Origin: Moniliella sp. 'wahieum'
Lineage: Eukaryota
Length of the DNA: 64,000 nt
Direction: 5' to 3'
NCBI GenBank assembly: GCA_003971905.1
Contig: RSEE01000107.1
Location: 124,001-188,000, forward strand
A program made the translations under genes and the position numbers. Shown piece after piece: positions 26,601 to 37,337 of this stretch. Under the pieces are notes generated by a model that saw only the letters and a list, made by a program, of their open reading frames with translations, searched no databases and was not told the origin of the DNA. Every line of letters starts with the position of its first letter. The stretch's first letter is position 1.

Positions 26601-26984
26601 CCCGCTCACCACCCACTTCTTGACGCAACTTTCAGAGCGCGTCCAGCCCCGGGGACGAACGTTCCGCTTCCTCGTCCAACCTGACGAGGGGTGGAGCAAA
26701 ATCCTCCCCCGCCGCTCCACCCGCGCGGCGTGAGGGAGACGCTGCAGCTGCTGGCGTCGTTGCGCGAGGGAGCACGGGCGAGCGCTGGCGAAGCGGACGG
26801 CGAAGCGGATGGGGCAAGTCTGAGTGAGAGGGGGCGCGAGCGAGCGGGTGCAGGTGCAGGTGCGCGGGACGAGGGAGCGGATGGCGAACGTACCACGGCG
26901 AACGAGGAGGGCAAGTGGGTCCGTCTGCTGTTTCCTCCCCCGCCCCCTTTACCACCCGCCCAGGCGTTGTCAGTGCGCGAGTAG
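23684..26984 (+). CDS. C2H2 zinc-finger transcription factor with a fungal-specific TF domain
   Basis: FICAICSQCFQRKNGLSRHMRSHTGEKPFACSYCHFKSTRTDSLQRHMKLH at ~23824-23976. Downstream LPFIHVPTL and WRSWVRRMERRRTVWAVWVCD..EELWTAPTEADW. Intron acceptor at ~25844; 3' end uncertain. Confidence 0.8.
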
Positions 26985-27806
26985 GAATAGGGAGGGTTAG
27001 AGCTATATCTTTTTTTTGTCGTCTGCCTATATTGTCGTTGCTTTTTTTTGGAATGTGTCGCTTATTGTCATGTCTGGACCGGTCGTCTGGCCCGAGGTTG
27101 GATCGGCCAGGTCGAGATCCCTGGTGGTCGATTGGCGGACACCAACACGCTATAGACATAGGGGGCACTGGTGGATGGTGGGCGTGGGACGGAGAGTAAG
27201 CGCGCCTAGTAAGCAAGTGTAGGAGCCATGGCAACGTTCCTGTTGTTAGCTTTGCGCGGTAGGGGGGAACGATGATCGATGACAGGATGACCGGATGTCC
27301 GATCCTTTAGCGCGTCGAATATTGAATCGCTCCGGCTGTGCGCTGAATGACGGCAGAGCGAGCTCGCTCGTGCTGGAGCTGAGGATGATGCCAATAGCCA
27401 CGGCCGCAGAGCGCATCAAGCTCGTTGAGCTCGTTGAGCTCGTCGAGCTCATCGAGCTCATCGAACTCCTCCGCATGGCCAGCGTGGCGAGTGCGGGCGG
27501 CGGGATCGGAAGAGGTTTGCGCAGATGGCGGTGAAGGGCAAGTCTTGACTGCGTCGCGCGAAGCCACGCCAAGCCTCACCGGTAGGTTGCTCGCCCGCGG
27601 TCTGTGCGAGGGCGAAGCTAACCGCGTGACGTGGATGGCTGATGATGTCATCCATGCGCCACACGCGTCGGCCGGTACTCGGTACTCATGGTACTCAGGC
27701 GGGGGAGACAGGGTATTGGAGGACCGGCAGGCAGACACCACCGGCGAGCGCGCCGATCGAGAGGGAGCAGAGCAGAATCCCACCTGCCACCTCCACCACC
27801 ACCATC

Positions 27807-29430
27807 ATGCATAAGCTCCTCCACAAAATCGACGCCAAGTTGTCCAAGCTTGATCTGGGCAGCCACCCGCCCCCCTCCGCCGGCAGCGGCAGCGGCAGCG
27901 CCGAGACCAACGCCGCTCAGGGCGCGCCGACCGACGTCAATGCGTTGCCACCCAGTGTGCTGCACTATCGCTTCCGCAAGCAGCGTGGCGTCAACCTCGG
28001 CTCGTGGTTTACCCTCGAGACGTGGCTGACCGGCTCGCTGTTTCAAGGGGTGCAGCGCGCCAAGTCCGAGTTTGACTTGAACAAGCAGCTGCCCGCCGAG
28101 GAGGCGAAGCGCCGACTCCACCACCACTGGGCTACATTTGTCAACGACGGCGACTGGGCTTGGATGCGGGAGCATGGCGTGAATACTGTCCGGCTGCCCA
28201 TTGGGTACTACCACTTTTTGCCCGACGTGGCGCCCGAGTTGATGAAGCGCACCGAGTACGAAGCATATACCGAGACCTACAAGGGCGCCTGGCGCTACAT
28301 TCAACAGGCAATTGAAAAGGCAGGACAGCTGGGGATTGGCGTCCTGATTGATCTCCACGCTGCTCCTGGTGGACAAAACGCTGATGGTCACGTGGGGCTG
28401 ACCATTAGCAAGCCGGGGTTGTGGGAAGGGTGGAATGCCCGGAGCAACCAGAAGAAAACGATTGCGATCTTGGTCGAGCTGGTTAAGGCGGTGGGTGGGT
28501 ACGAGAATGTGGTTGGCGTGGAGCTGCTCAACGAACCGAAGAATGGTCCGCATTTGACTGCGTTTTACGATGAAGCGTTGGGCCCGATCCGGCAGGCCGA
28601 CAAGAACCTGCAGATCACATCGTTGCCAATTTATGTGTCGGATGGGTGGACGTTGGATTGGTACACTGAGCAGTTTGGCCGGGTGCGCAACACACCACGT
28701 ACCCCCCTTGTTGTGGACCACCACCTCTACCGCGCCTTTACCCCAGAGGACCACAAGCTGTTTTGTGCCAGGCATGTACAAGGTGTCCGGCCAGGCGGAT
28801 GGACGTACAAGCACTTTCAGGCTGCCAGCGGCAAGGGCCAGGGGAACCTGATTGTGGGCGAGTGGAGTGCTGCGCTGCACCACACCTCGTGGGACCCACA
28901 GGTGGACAAACGGACGCAGCAGGCAGATTGGGCTCATTCGCAGCTACGCCTCTTTGAGGACACATGTGGCGGTAACTTTTTCTGGACGCTCAAGAAAGAA
29001 GGCGGGAAGGACTGCGGATGGGGATTCTATTCGGCGGTGGAGGAAGGGGTGTTGCCCTCGAACCTGTTGTCGTTTGCACTGGGCAAGGATCCAGGTCAAG
29101 TGCCGGGCGGGAGGCAGCACAGCAGTTTGGCGAGGACCAGCGGCGCCGGTCGTTGGCTGGTCATACGGGCTACTGGGACAGCCGGGGCGGGAAGTACGAG
29201 CACTGGCGGTTCGAGGATGGCTTCCGCCAAGCTTGGGGGGATGCGACCGCGTTCTGGTACGACCCCTCGGGCTCGCAGCCGGCCAACATTGATACAAGCA
29301 GGCACTCTGTGCCGTTCGCCAGGCAGCCTACGAAGCGAACAAGGGCTCGTCGGCCAGCTCATGGGAGTACCAGCATGGTTACTTGGCCGGAGTGGATATG
29401 TTCGAGAAGTTCATCCGTGGCCAGGCGTGA
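27807..29430 (+). CDS. Glycoside hydrolase family 5 (exo-beta-1,3-glucanase-like, no signal peptide)
   Basis: QRGVNLGSWFTLETW, NTVRLPIGY, IDLHAAPGGQN, catalytic ELLNEP and IVGEWS, FFWTLK. The frameshifted tail ends WEYQHGYLAGVDMFEKFIRGQA*. Confidence 0.9.
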
Positions 29431-30060
29431 GTGATGGCCGCGGATGTAGATATACCTCTTATTATGACGATGGACGTTCAAGCTTCAAGAAGATAGACCC
29501 ACCGCGAAGCCATACCCGCTAGCTAGCTCTTCAAAGCTTCAAGCTTGGCCGAGAGCGAGACGGGAGAGAGAAAGGAGACAGGGAACCGTGGTCTGCGCCA
29601 CCCCTTTGTCTGTTCCGACTTGCTTGCTTGGCTCTTGTCTTCTTCCCTTCAGCTTGCTTGAAGGACTTGTGGCTGACCGCCCTGCCTTCTTGCACGTCTT
29701 GAAGCTCATCTCTCGTGCTGCCCATAGCGTTTCCTAGCTGCAGTCTAGCATATACGTGTTGGGTTCCCATCAGGCCCATCAGGCCAGCACAGAAAAAAGC
29801 AGGAGGGAAGAACTATTAAATGAGTGTGCACTTGTCCGAGGGGAGACAGATACCTAGTTGTCCGTCCCCCCGGCTAATTTTGTTTGCACACTCATCGATC
29901 ATCTACTGCTTTAATGTTCCGACATTTCAGTTCCGCGTCAGGCATCGAATAGGTCACTAGCACTAGTCACTGATCACCGTGATCGAGTGATCATTCGCCG
30001 CCGGCCGCAAGTAGCCGTGGAAGTCCAACCCGCCCCAGATTGGCTGTGTTGCTGGATGGG

Positions 30061-30110
30061 TCAAGCTTCAAGCTTCAAGCTTCAAGCTTCAAGCTTCAAG
30101 CTTCAAGCTT
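30061..30110 (+). repeat. (TCAAGCT)7 perfect heptamer array (AAGCTT palindrome + C)
   Basis: Seven tandem copies are visible. Confidence 0.97.
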
Positions 30111-30664
30111 CGCCAGAGCAAATCGTCAGTACTGCTTGATTGCTCATTTTTCTTTCCGATTGGAGATGGTCGCTGATCGATGATGATTCAGAGTCGGAAA
30201 CAAGCGGCGGTCTTTGACTAACTCCAAGCCAACTCAGCCTCGGCCAGCCATGCACCAAGAAGTCAAGCTTCAAAACCGATGCGTGTGGCCAGTGTGACAC
30301 CGACTGCGGCCTCTCTTGCTCGTGCGATCCGTAGCGGGGTTATCCGGTATCGGCTGGGACATGGGACAAGACCTATTCCGACAGGGCCCGTGCGCTGGCA
30401 CACTGGCTCTGTGCCGTCTCCCGCGGCGTCGGAGCCACGGGCGCACACTGCCCCCCCTCTGCCCTTCTGGGCTGGGCGCTAGCAGTTCGACCCGCTGCTG
30501 CTAGTTCCCCCCTGCCATGCCCCATGGCCCGCCGTCCCGGGCCGAATTTTTTTTTTCCACCTCCCCGGCATGGCTGCCATCGCGCGCACGGCGTATAAAG
30601 CACTTTGTCGTCCCCGCACTCGTCTGCCCCACCATCCCTTCCTTCTCCCCGCTGTGTAGCCACC

Positions 30665-32209
30665 ATGTCCGCCGCGCAGAACACGGTATTTGCCAAGATC
30701 GACGCGAACGAGGATGCGTACATCCAGCGCCTCGCCGAGGCCGTCGCCATCCCATCCGTCTCGGGCTCGGTCAAGTACCGCAAGCACGTGTACGAGATGG
30801 CTGACTGGCTCGTGGCCCAGCTCAAGAAGGTGGGCGCGACGGCCGAGCTTAAGCCTCTGGGCAAGCAGACCCTTGATGGCCAGGAGATCGACTTGCCCCC
30901 CGCTGTCTTTTCCCAGCTGGGCACCGACCCCAAGAAGAAGACCATCCTTATCTATGGTGTACGTAGTGTCATTGCCCATCTCCCGTCATCCCTTTCTCCC
31001 TTTCTCATTTCCCCCCTTCCACCTCCCTCTACCTTTGCTCTTGTTCCCAGCCACTGACAAACTTGGTATAGCACTACGATGTGCAACCGGCGCTCAAGTC
31101 GGATGGGTGGAACACCGAGCCTTCGAGCTGGTGGTTAAGAAGGACACGGACCAGATGTTGGTCGTGGTTCGACCGATGACAAGGGTCCCATTCTCGGCTG
31201 GTTCAACGTGATTGATGCGCACCAGCAGAGCGGGGTGGAGCTTCCTGTGAACATCAAGTTCTGCTTTGAGGGATGGAGGAATCGGGTTCGGTGGGTCTGG
31301 ACGATCTGATTGTGCGGGAAAAGGATGGGTTTTTGTCTGGTGTGGATGCGATCTGCATCTCGGACAACTACTGGTTGACAACGACCAAACCGTGCCTGAC
31401 GAACGGGCTGCGCGGGATCCAGTACTTTAAGCTGCACATTGAAGGTCCCGGTGCCGACTTGCACTCGGGTGTGTTTGGCGGGATGGTGCACGAGCCAATG
31501 ACGGACCTGTTCAAGATCATGTCGCAGCTCGTCACGCCTTCGGGGGAGATCCTGGTGCCTGGGATTAAGGAGCTGGTGCAGCCTCTGACCGCCGAGGAAC
31601 GGAAACGGTACGAGGTGATGGACTTCTCCATCTCCAGCCTTGACGACAATGTCCAGGCCAAGATTTCCACCTCCGATGAAAAGGAGAAAGTGTTGATGGC
31701 GCGCATGCGGTACCCTTCGCTCTCGTTGCATGGATTGAAGGTGCCTTTTCCGAGGCGGGGACCAAGACGGTCATCCCCCAAGGTGGTGGGCAAGTTCTCG
31801 CTTCGTCTTGTGCCTGACATGACGCCCGAGAAGGTGGTGGCAGTGGTGACCAAGTATGTGAATGAGCTGTGGACTCAGCTGGGCAGCAAAAAACAAGATG
31901 ACGCTCGAGGCCGAGCCTGGTGGAAAGCCTTGGCTGGCGGACCCTAACCACTGGAACTACGCTGCTGCCTTCAAGGCGACTGAGGAGGTGTACGGCGTGA
32001 CGCCCGACTTGACCCGTGAGGGTGGGTCGATCCCCGTTGCTCTCTCCTTCTCTGAGATCCTGGGCAAGAACCTGCTTCTTCTTCTTCCCATGGGCCGCGC
32101 TGACGATGGCGCGCACAGCATTAACGAGAAGCTCAACTTGTCCAACTTCCTCAAGGGATCCAAGGTCATGGCTGCCTACCTCCACCAGGTGGCCGCCTTG
32201 GCTCAGTAA
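30665..32209 (+). CDS. DUG1: M20 Cys-Gly metallodipeptidase (CNDP2/Dug1)
   Basis: LIYG|HYDVQP across intron 30959-31071; DDKGP, FEGMEESGS, DLHSGVFGG, RYPSLSLHG, TREGGSIP, DDGAHSINEK. Confidence 0.95.
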
Positions 32210-32878
32210 AGGACGATGGCGTGCAGCTATGAACGTCCCCGAATCCATCCAGGTGCATATCCATACATTACAGCATCAAGCTTGGCATGTGAAACGGCGT
32301 TGAGGTGAAAGTGAATCGAGTCGATCCACTCAAAAGTCTGTAGTTTGAAAAGTGCTTTTCAGCTGGGCACATCAAAAAAAGCATGGCGGGAGAGAACCCC
32401 TATTCTAGACGTAAACCGCATGAGCTGCAAGCTGCATGTGTATGGCAAGAATCGCAATGAATGAACCGGTTTTTGTTTGAATTGTGTTAGTGGAGAACTG
32501 TTCTCACGGGATGAATGGAAAATGATTGCATTGCGGCGAAAAGGGGAAAGAATCAACCCAGTCGAAGGGTTGTGCTTGATGGGAGAATCAGTTGTTAAGG
32601 GTGATGCGTATGGTGGCGGCTCGCACCCACTGCAGCGTACCATCGCCCTTGGAGTTATTAGGGAGAGTGATCGACAGTTGTGGCTCCGGGGGCTGGGCCT
32701 GTTTGAAGAATACCTCATCTATGGAATACTTACTTTGTACCAACGCCATCACTCACATAATCACGGGCTAGCATGCGCGGGTGGACTTCCTTTCTCTTCC
32801 GATACAACCACAATCCTACTTTTATGCCCCCCCCGAGAGAGTAGAAGTGCCGAAACAACCCGGTAGAAGTAGAATTTT

Positions 32879-33861
32879 TCAAGCAAAAACCCGACGAACC
32901 GAGAGCTCGTCCTCGACCGGGGCGAGAGCTGCGCGCTTCTCCTTGAGTTGTTGTGCTCTCGACTGTCTCGGCGTACTTGTTTGACTTTTTCCGGCGCATA
33001 GCGGACCGAATGGCGTTGGGCGACACGTACTCTGGGTTGTCAAACAGGACCGCACCAGAGAAAGAGCCTTCAAAGATTTTGATGGGTGTCAGGACAAACC
33101 GGGGCCCAATCTCGGTCAATGTCGGAACAGCAATCCCGTCTGATTTCTTGTTCTTCTTGCTGGCGTTCCCACTCAGCTGGGCAGCAAGCGCCGCTTGCAT
33201 CTCCGACTCGTTCTCGTGAGCCAAAGGCTCAACAATTTGAAAGTTGCGGAACCAAATCTTGCCGTCCAACAGGGAAAAGGACAGGACGTGGTCCACAAAC
33301 GGTTTGGTCCGCCGCGACGTTTGCGGTACACCAAAGATCTGGATGAGCATTTCCTTGAGTTGCAGGTGAGGCTCAGCGTCAAAGCCAGCGTCAAAGGTGA
33401 CAATGTGCCGACTTCCCTTCAAGCAGTTGCCGGTCATCTTCAGTTCGTCCATGGTGTGGATGTTGTTTACCTGCAACTTGACGGTAGGGCCGTTGGGTGC
33501 CTTGCTCATCCACATGAACAGGTCAAGGTGCTTGCGTGCCTCAAAGAAGAGAGTGTTCTGTGCAAATGTTAGAACTCGATCGGGCGGCATAAGAGAGGAG
33601 GCATGCATACGTTGCAATTGTTAAGCTCTGCAAGCTCGTTGAGCACGTGGAGCTGATGCTTCGTGTCCAGCTTAGCGTCCCGCTTAGCGTGCGGCATGAG
33701 CGCCTCGAGGTCCGAGATGAGGTGCCGCATCTGGCTCGTCACGCCCCGCGAGGGGACCATCAGCACACGCTGCCTGTTCTTGCGGAGGGAGCAACGCTCT
33801 CGCTCTCCCCGTCGTCATGCTTGCGCTTGCCCTTGGACACGGCGGCAAACTTGGTCGCCAT
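32879..33861 (-). CDS. BRX1: Brix-domain 60S ribosome biogenesis protein
   Basis: SRGVTSQMRHLISDL, LNELAELNNCN|NTLFFEARK (intron 33610-33558), HTMDELKMTGNCLKGSR, EIGPRFVLTPIKIFEGSFSG. Confidence 0.95.
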
Positions 33862-35119
33862 TGGAGTGGGTGGATGGGTGGATGGGTGGATGGGTGGTCT
33901 AAGAGCCGCACGCCGTGATTCGAGAGAAAAAAGAAAAAAGTTGGCGCGGCGATTGAAATTGCATTCTCGTCTTTGCAGCCCTGCAGTTCCGCGGGTCGGT
34001 GCAACAGCCTCGGAAGAGGGAGGCTGGTGTACGTAAGCCAGCAGGGCAGCCGCTACGCGTCCACTCGGCAGCCCATAGAACAATTAAAGTACGCACCGGA
34101 GCCTGTAGCTGCATCGCATGGCTGGAGGCGTCAAGTGAGGGTCTCTTTCTCCTGACCACGCAATCGGAAGATGGCCAGCTGGGTCTGTACAGCGCGCCCC
34201 CGCACCTCCGGCGCCTACTTGATGAGATCCGAAATTTGATACCGTCAGGCTTCTGGCGCAAACCATCACAAGAGCCACGAAACGGTGTTGCACGCCCCGG
34301 TACTTTCGGGTGGGAGGAGGGAGTGCTGAGGAAAAATCTGATGAAACCCCCGGCCAAAGCAAGCGCATGCTTCCTTACCCGAAGAAGGGGCATGGGGGTC
34401 AGAAAGAGAAAGAAAGAGGAGGTCGAAGTTACGCAAAGGAAGCGAACAAGGCTCGAAAGAGTGGGCGAACGCGTGGAAGAGGAAGAAACGATCCTGATCA
34501 ATAGTAAAGCGACCGAGCCGGCACCTGAATGCAAGGCTGGCAGAGACGCTGAGGAAAGAAGGATGGTCTCAACACATATCAACAAGTGATTCGATTTTGG
34601 GTTCAATGCCGGGCCGGTTTCGGGGAGGGAACTGTAAGTACGGGGCATAAACGCGTAACACTTGCGTGTAATGCAACAAGAGCTGTATCTTTTCGCCAAT
34701 GGTCCTGCAGGGCCTTGGTAGTTTCCTCCTCAGATTGGTTGGCTCGTATCATCGAACATCACTGTCCTTGCCTGAAAAGTGACATTCACCCATCCAACAC
34801 GATAACGATGCACGCTCGCGTTTACCCCGAGACGCGAGGCCGTAGAAGCCGTTGAGAGCCTATAGTTTTTGGAAAGAATGCTACGCCTATCAATGTGGAT
34901 GGCTCGTGGGCGCGTTCAGGGATCAAGCCTCAAGTACAGTCGATGAGACGGCTGTTGCGCTGTTGCGCACGGCGGTCCCTCCTAGTGAGTTTCCATGCTA
35001 GCTTCTAATCAACCCCAACGAAGGGACGAACCCAACTCCTGACTCTCGTGGGGTACCTGTGGCCAACGGTATATGACTGCAGCGCGATAGAAGCACAGAT
35101 CTCAGCGGGAACAAGTGAA

Positions 35120-35550
35120 TTACTTGGAGGTCTTTTCCAGTTCAGCCCTAGAGGGGGAACCAAGCGGGGGTTAGAACCTTGGACAACAGACAGACACACA
35201 CACAGACACACCACACGGGGTCGAAAAGTGAACGTACCTCAATGCCTTGCTAAAGTCATCTTCAACATCGTCGTCGTCCCAATTGTCCGCCCAGAGGTGA
35301 TCTTCTCCCGTGCGTCCCGAGGCGCCACCGACAATCGACAGGCCTACCGCGCTGCCCGGGGCCGAGGGGGCAGCTGCAGCGCCATTGGAAATGTAGACGT
35401 TCTTGTCGGACAGATGGGCCAGTGCCGTATCGGTATCGTTCCAGTCTTGCGCGTCAAACTCCTCAAACTCATCGTCCTCGTCCAGAACGCCCAGAGGAGG
35501 CAGGTCCTCAGCGGAAAATTGAGGCGGGGGAAGGCACTGGTGCTAGCCAT
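35120..35550 (-). CDS. SEM1: Sem1/Dss1 (proteasome lid, TREX-2 and BRCA2/Brh2 cofactor)
   Basis: Own translation: LGVLDEDDEFEEFDAQDW..HLWADNWDDDDVEDDFSKALR, intron 35237-35148, then AELEKTSK*. A 1-nt indel in the C-run just after the ATG hides it from the ORF track. Confidence 0.93.
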
Positions 35551-36244
35551 GGTCACTCTAGTGGGCGGTGGTGGGGGCAGCTCGCCCTACTCCCGGCCGA
35601 GCGGCCTGGCAACCATCGGTGGTCCAACCCAACGCGTGGCCGCCGTTCATTCCGCCCAGTATGGATTCCGCCCACCCACGGGAGTTTCACCTGGTTTCAA
35701 ATTTCATTCCAGTGGTCTCGATGATTGAATTGATGGTTGATGCATGATGCGTGGCGTGATGCATGATGGTCGATCATCGATGATTGCTGGTGGGTGGAGC
35801 TTCAATTGAAGCTTGAAGCTTGACGCTTGAAGCTTGAAGGGTCGATGATCGCCCGCCCGATCGGCCCAATTGGCCAAACCCCACCACAGCGCCTTGCACT
35901 TGGCCAGTCTGGCAGGCAGCAAGCATAATGCATCAATATTCAATCAAGCATCAAGCATGCAATGCCGATGCCCCCCCCACCACCCGCCACCTTCCGTCTC
36001 GACCATCCTTGTTTCCTAGGCAGGGTGGTCGACGCAGGCAAGGCGACGCCCCTTGAACGTTGAACGTTGAGCGATACTGGCCTCCCACTTCGCCCGCGCA
36101 CAGCAGCGCAGGCGCAGGCGCAGGAGCGCACGGGGGTATGCGTGCGACGAGTACGAGATTGTTATGGAGGGCTCTGCGGGTTCTGAGATCTGAGATCTGA
36201 AAGCGTACTGACTTAGTGATCCGCGTCGATGTTGCGGGCCCGGT

Positions 36245-36420
36245 TACCCCGTCATGCATCATGGCCAACATCCAACATGGCATCCTGTGCACCTCGGCGC
36301 ACTGTGTCGTGTGTGACATGTGAGGCCTGAGGAGCGGAGTCTTGCGTTTTGGCTGGTGGACCAAGGGCACGATGTATGGCTTACCAGCATTCGTTCTAAC
36401 TATGGTGCGGGTCACATTAC
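36245..36420 (+). pseudogene. Isolated fragment of an acid lipase / sterol esterase (alpha/beta-hydrolase)
   Basis: QHGILCTSAHCVV followed by EERSLAFWLVDQGHDVWLTSIRSNYGAGH. No GxSxG or other downstream lipase motif is visible. Confidence 0.6.
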
Positions 36421-37337
36421 TGTATCCTCGAGACTCTCGATCGAGGCGACGATCATCATTGATGAGGAGGATTACCCAACAAAGGGGGGCGGGGGGTGCA
36501 CGTACATGGAGAGCCAAACCGAAAAAAACGCCCAAGGTGGGTACGATGCAACTCGCTTCCAAAAAGCCATACGACTATTATATATGGACCAGAGGAAGAG
36601 CTGTATGTGGACCGAACCACGTTCCACCCCGATTCCCTGGTGGGAGAGGGGTTTGGCCAGGAGTATGAGCCACAGTATGTCCACTAGGTCGGTTGCGTGA
36701 CGTGCATGTTTTACCTTTTTGCGTTCGTTATGCTTATGTCGTGTTACCGATTGTTAGCCACCATTTCTTCCCTCTGTTTTTCTTTTATGTTCATGTCGCA
36801 TCTTACTCCCCGGTAGGGGGCTTGCTTTTCCCTTTGTTGCAATGACATTCATGGTTACTATCTACAGGCGGTCTGCCGTGCCTTTCACCCTTTCCCTCCT
36901 CGACGGCGACTACTGTTGCGCATGACATGAATGCAGGACGTAGCTGCATGGATAGTAGCCAATCCGGTCCCATGCAAGTGAAGCATAACACACGAGGAGA
37001 CCAGGCCTACTTTGGGTAGCAGTTTTGCGTGTTTTGGCCTTCCTCACGTACGAGGAAGGAATAGGGAATGGGGAAAGGGGGGGGGGGAGTGACAGAGGGG
37101 AGGCAGACGGGCGGCACGGTGAGAGAGCATGATGGTAGACTGGTTGGAAATAAGTAAACAAAAATGAGACCGACGTGACTCCCGTGCAGAGTAGGTGCAT
37201 GTGCAAGTAGGTGCAGGTGCACGATCAGGGCGAAGCGCAAGCCAGGCGCGCAGGGCGGTGGGGGGACCGAGAAAAGAAGAGAGGAAGGTACATATCGTGG
37301 ATACGTTCCACCACGGTGCACTCCGTACCCGGAATGA

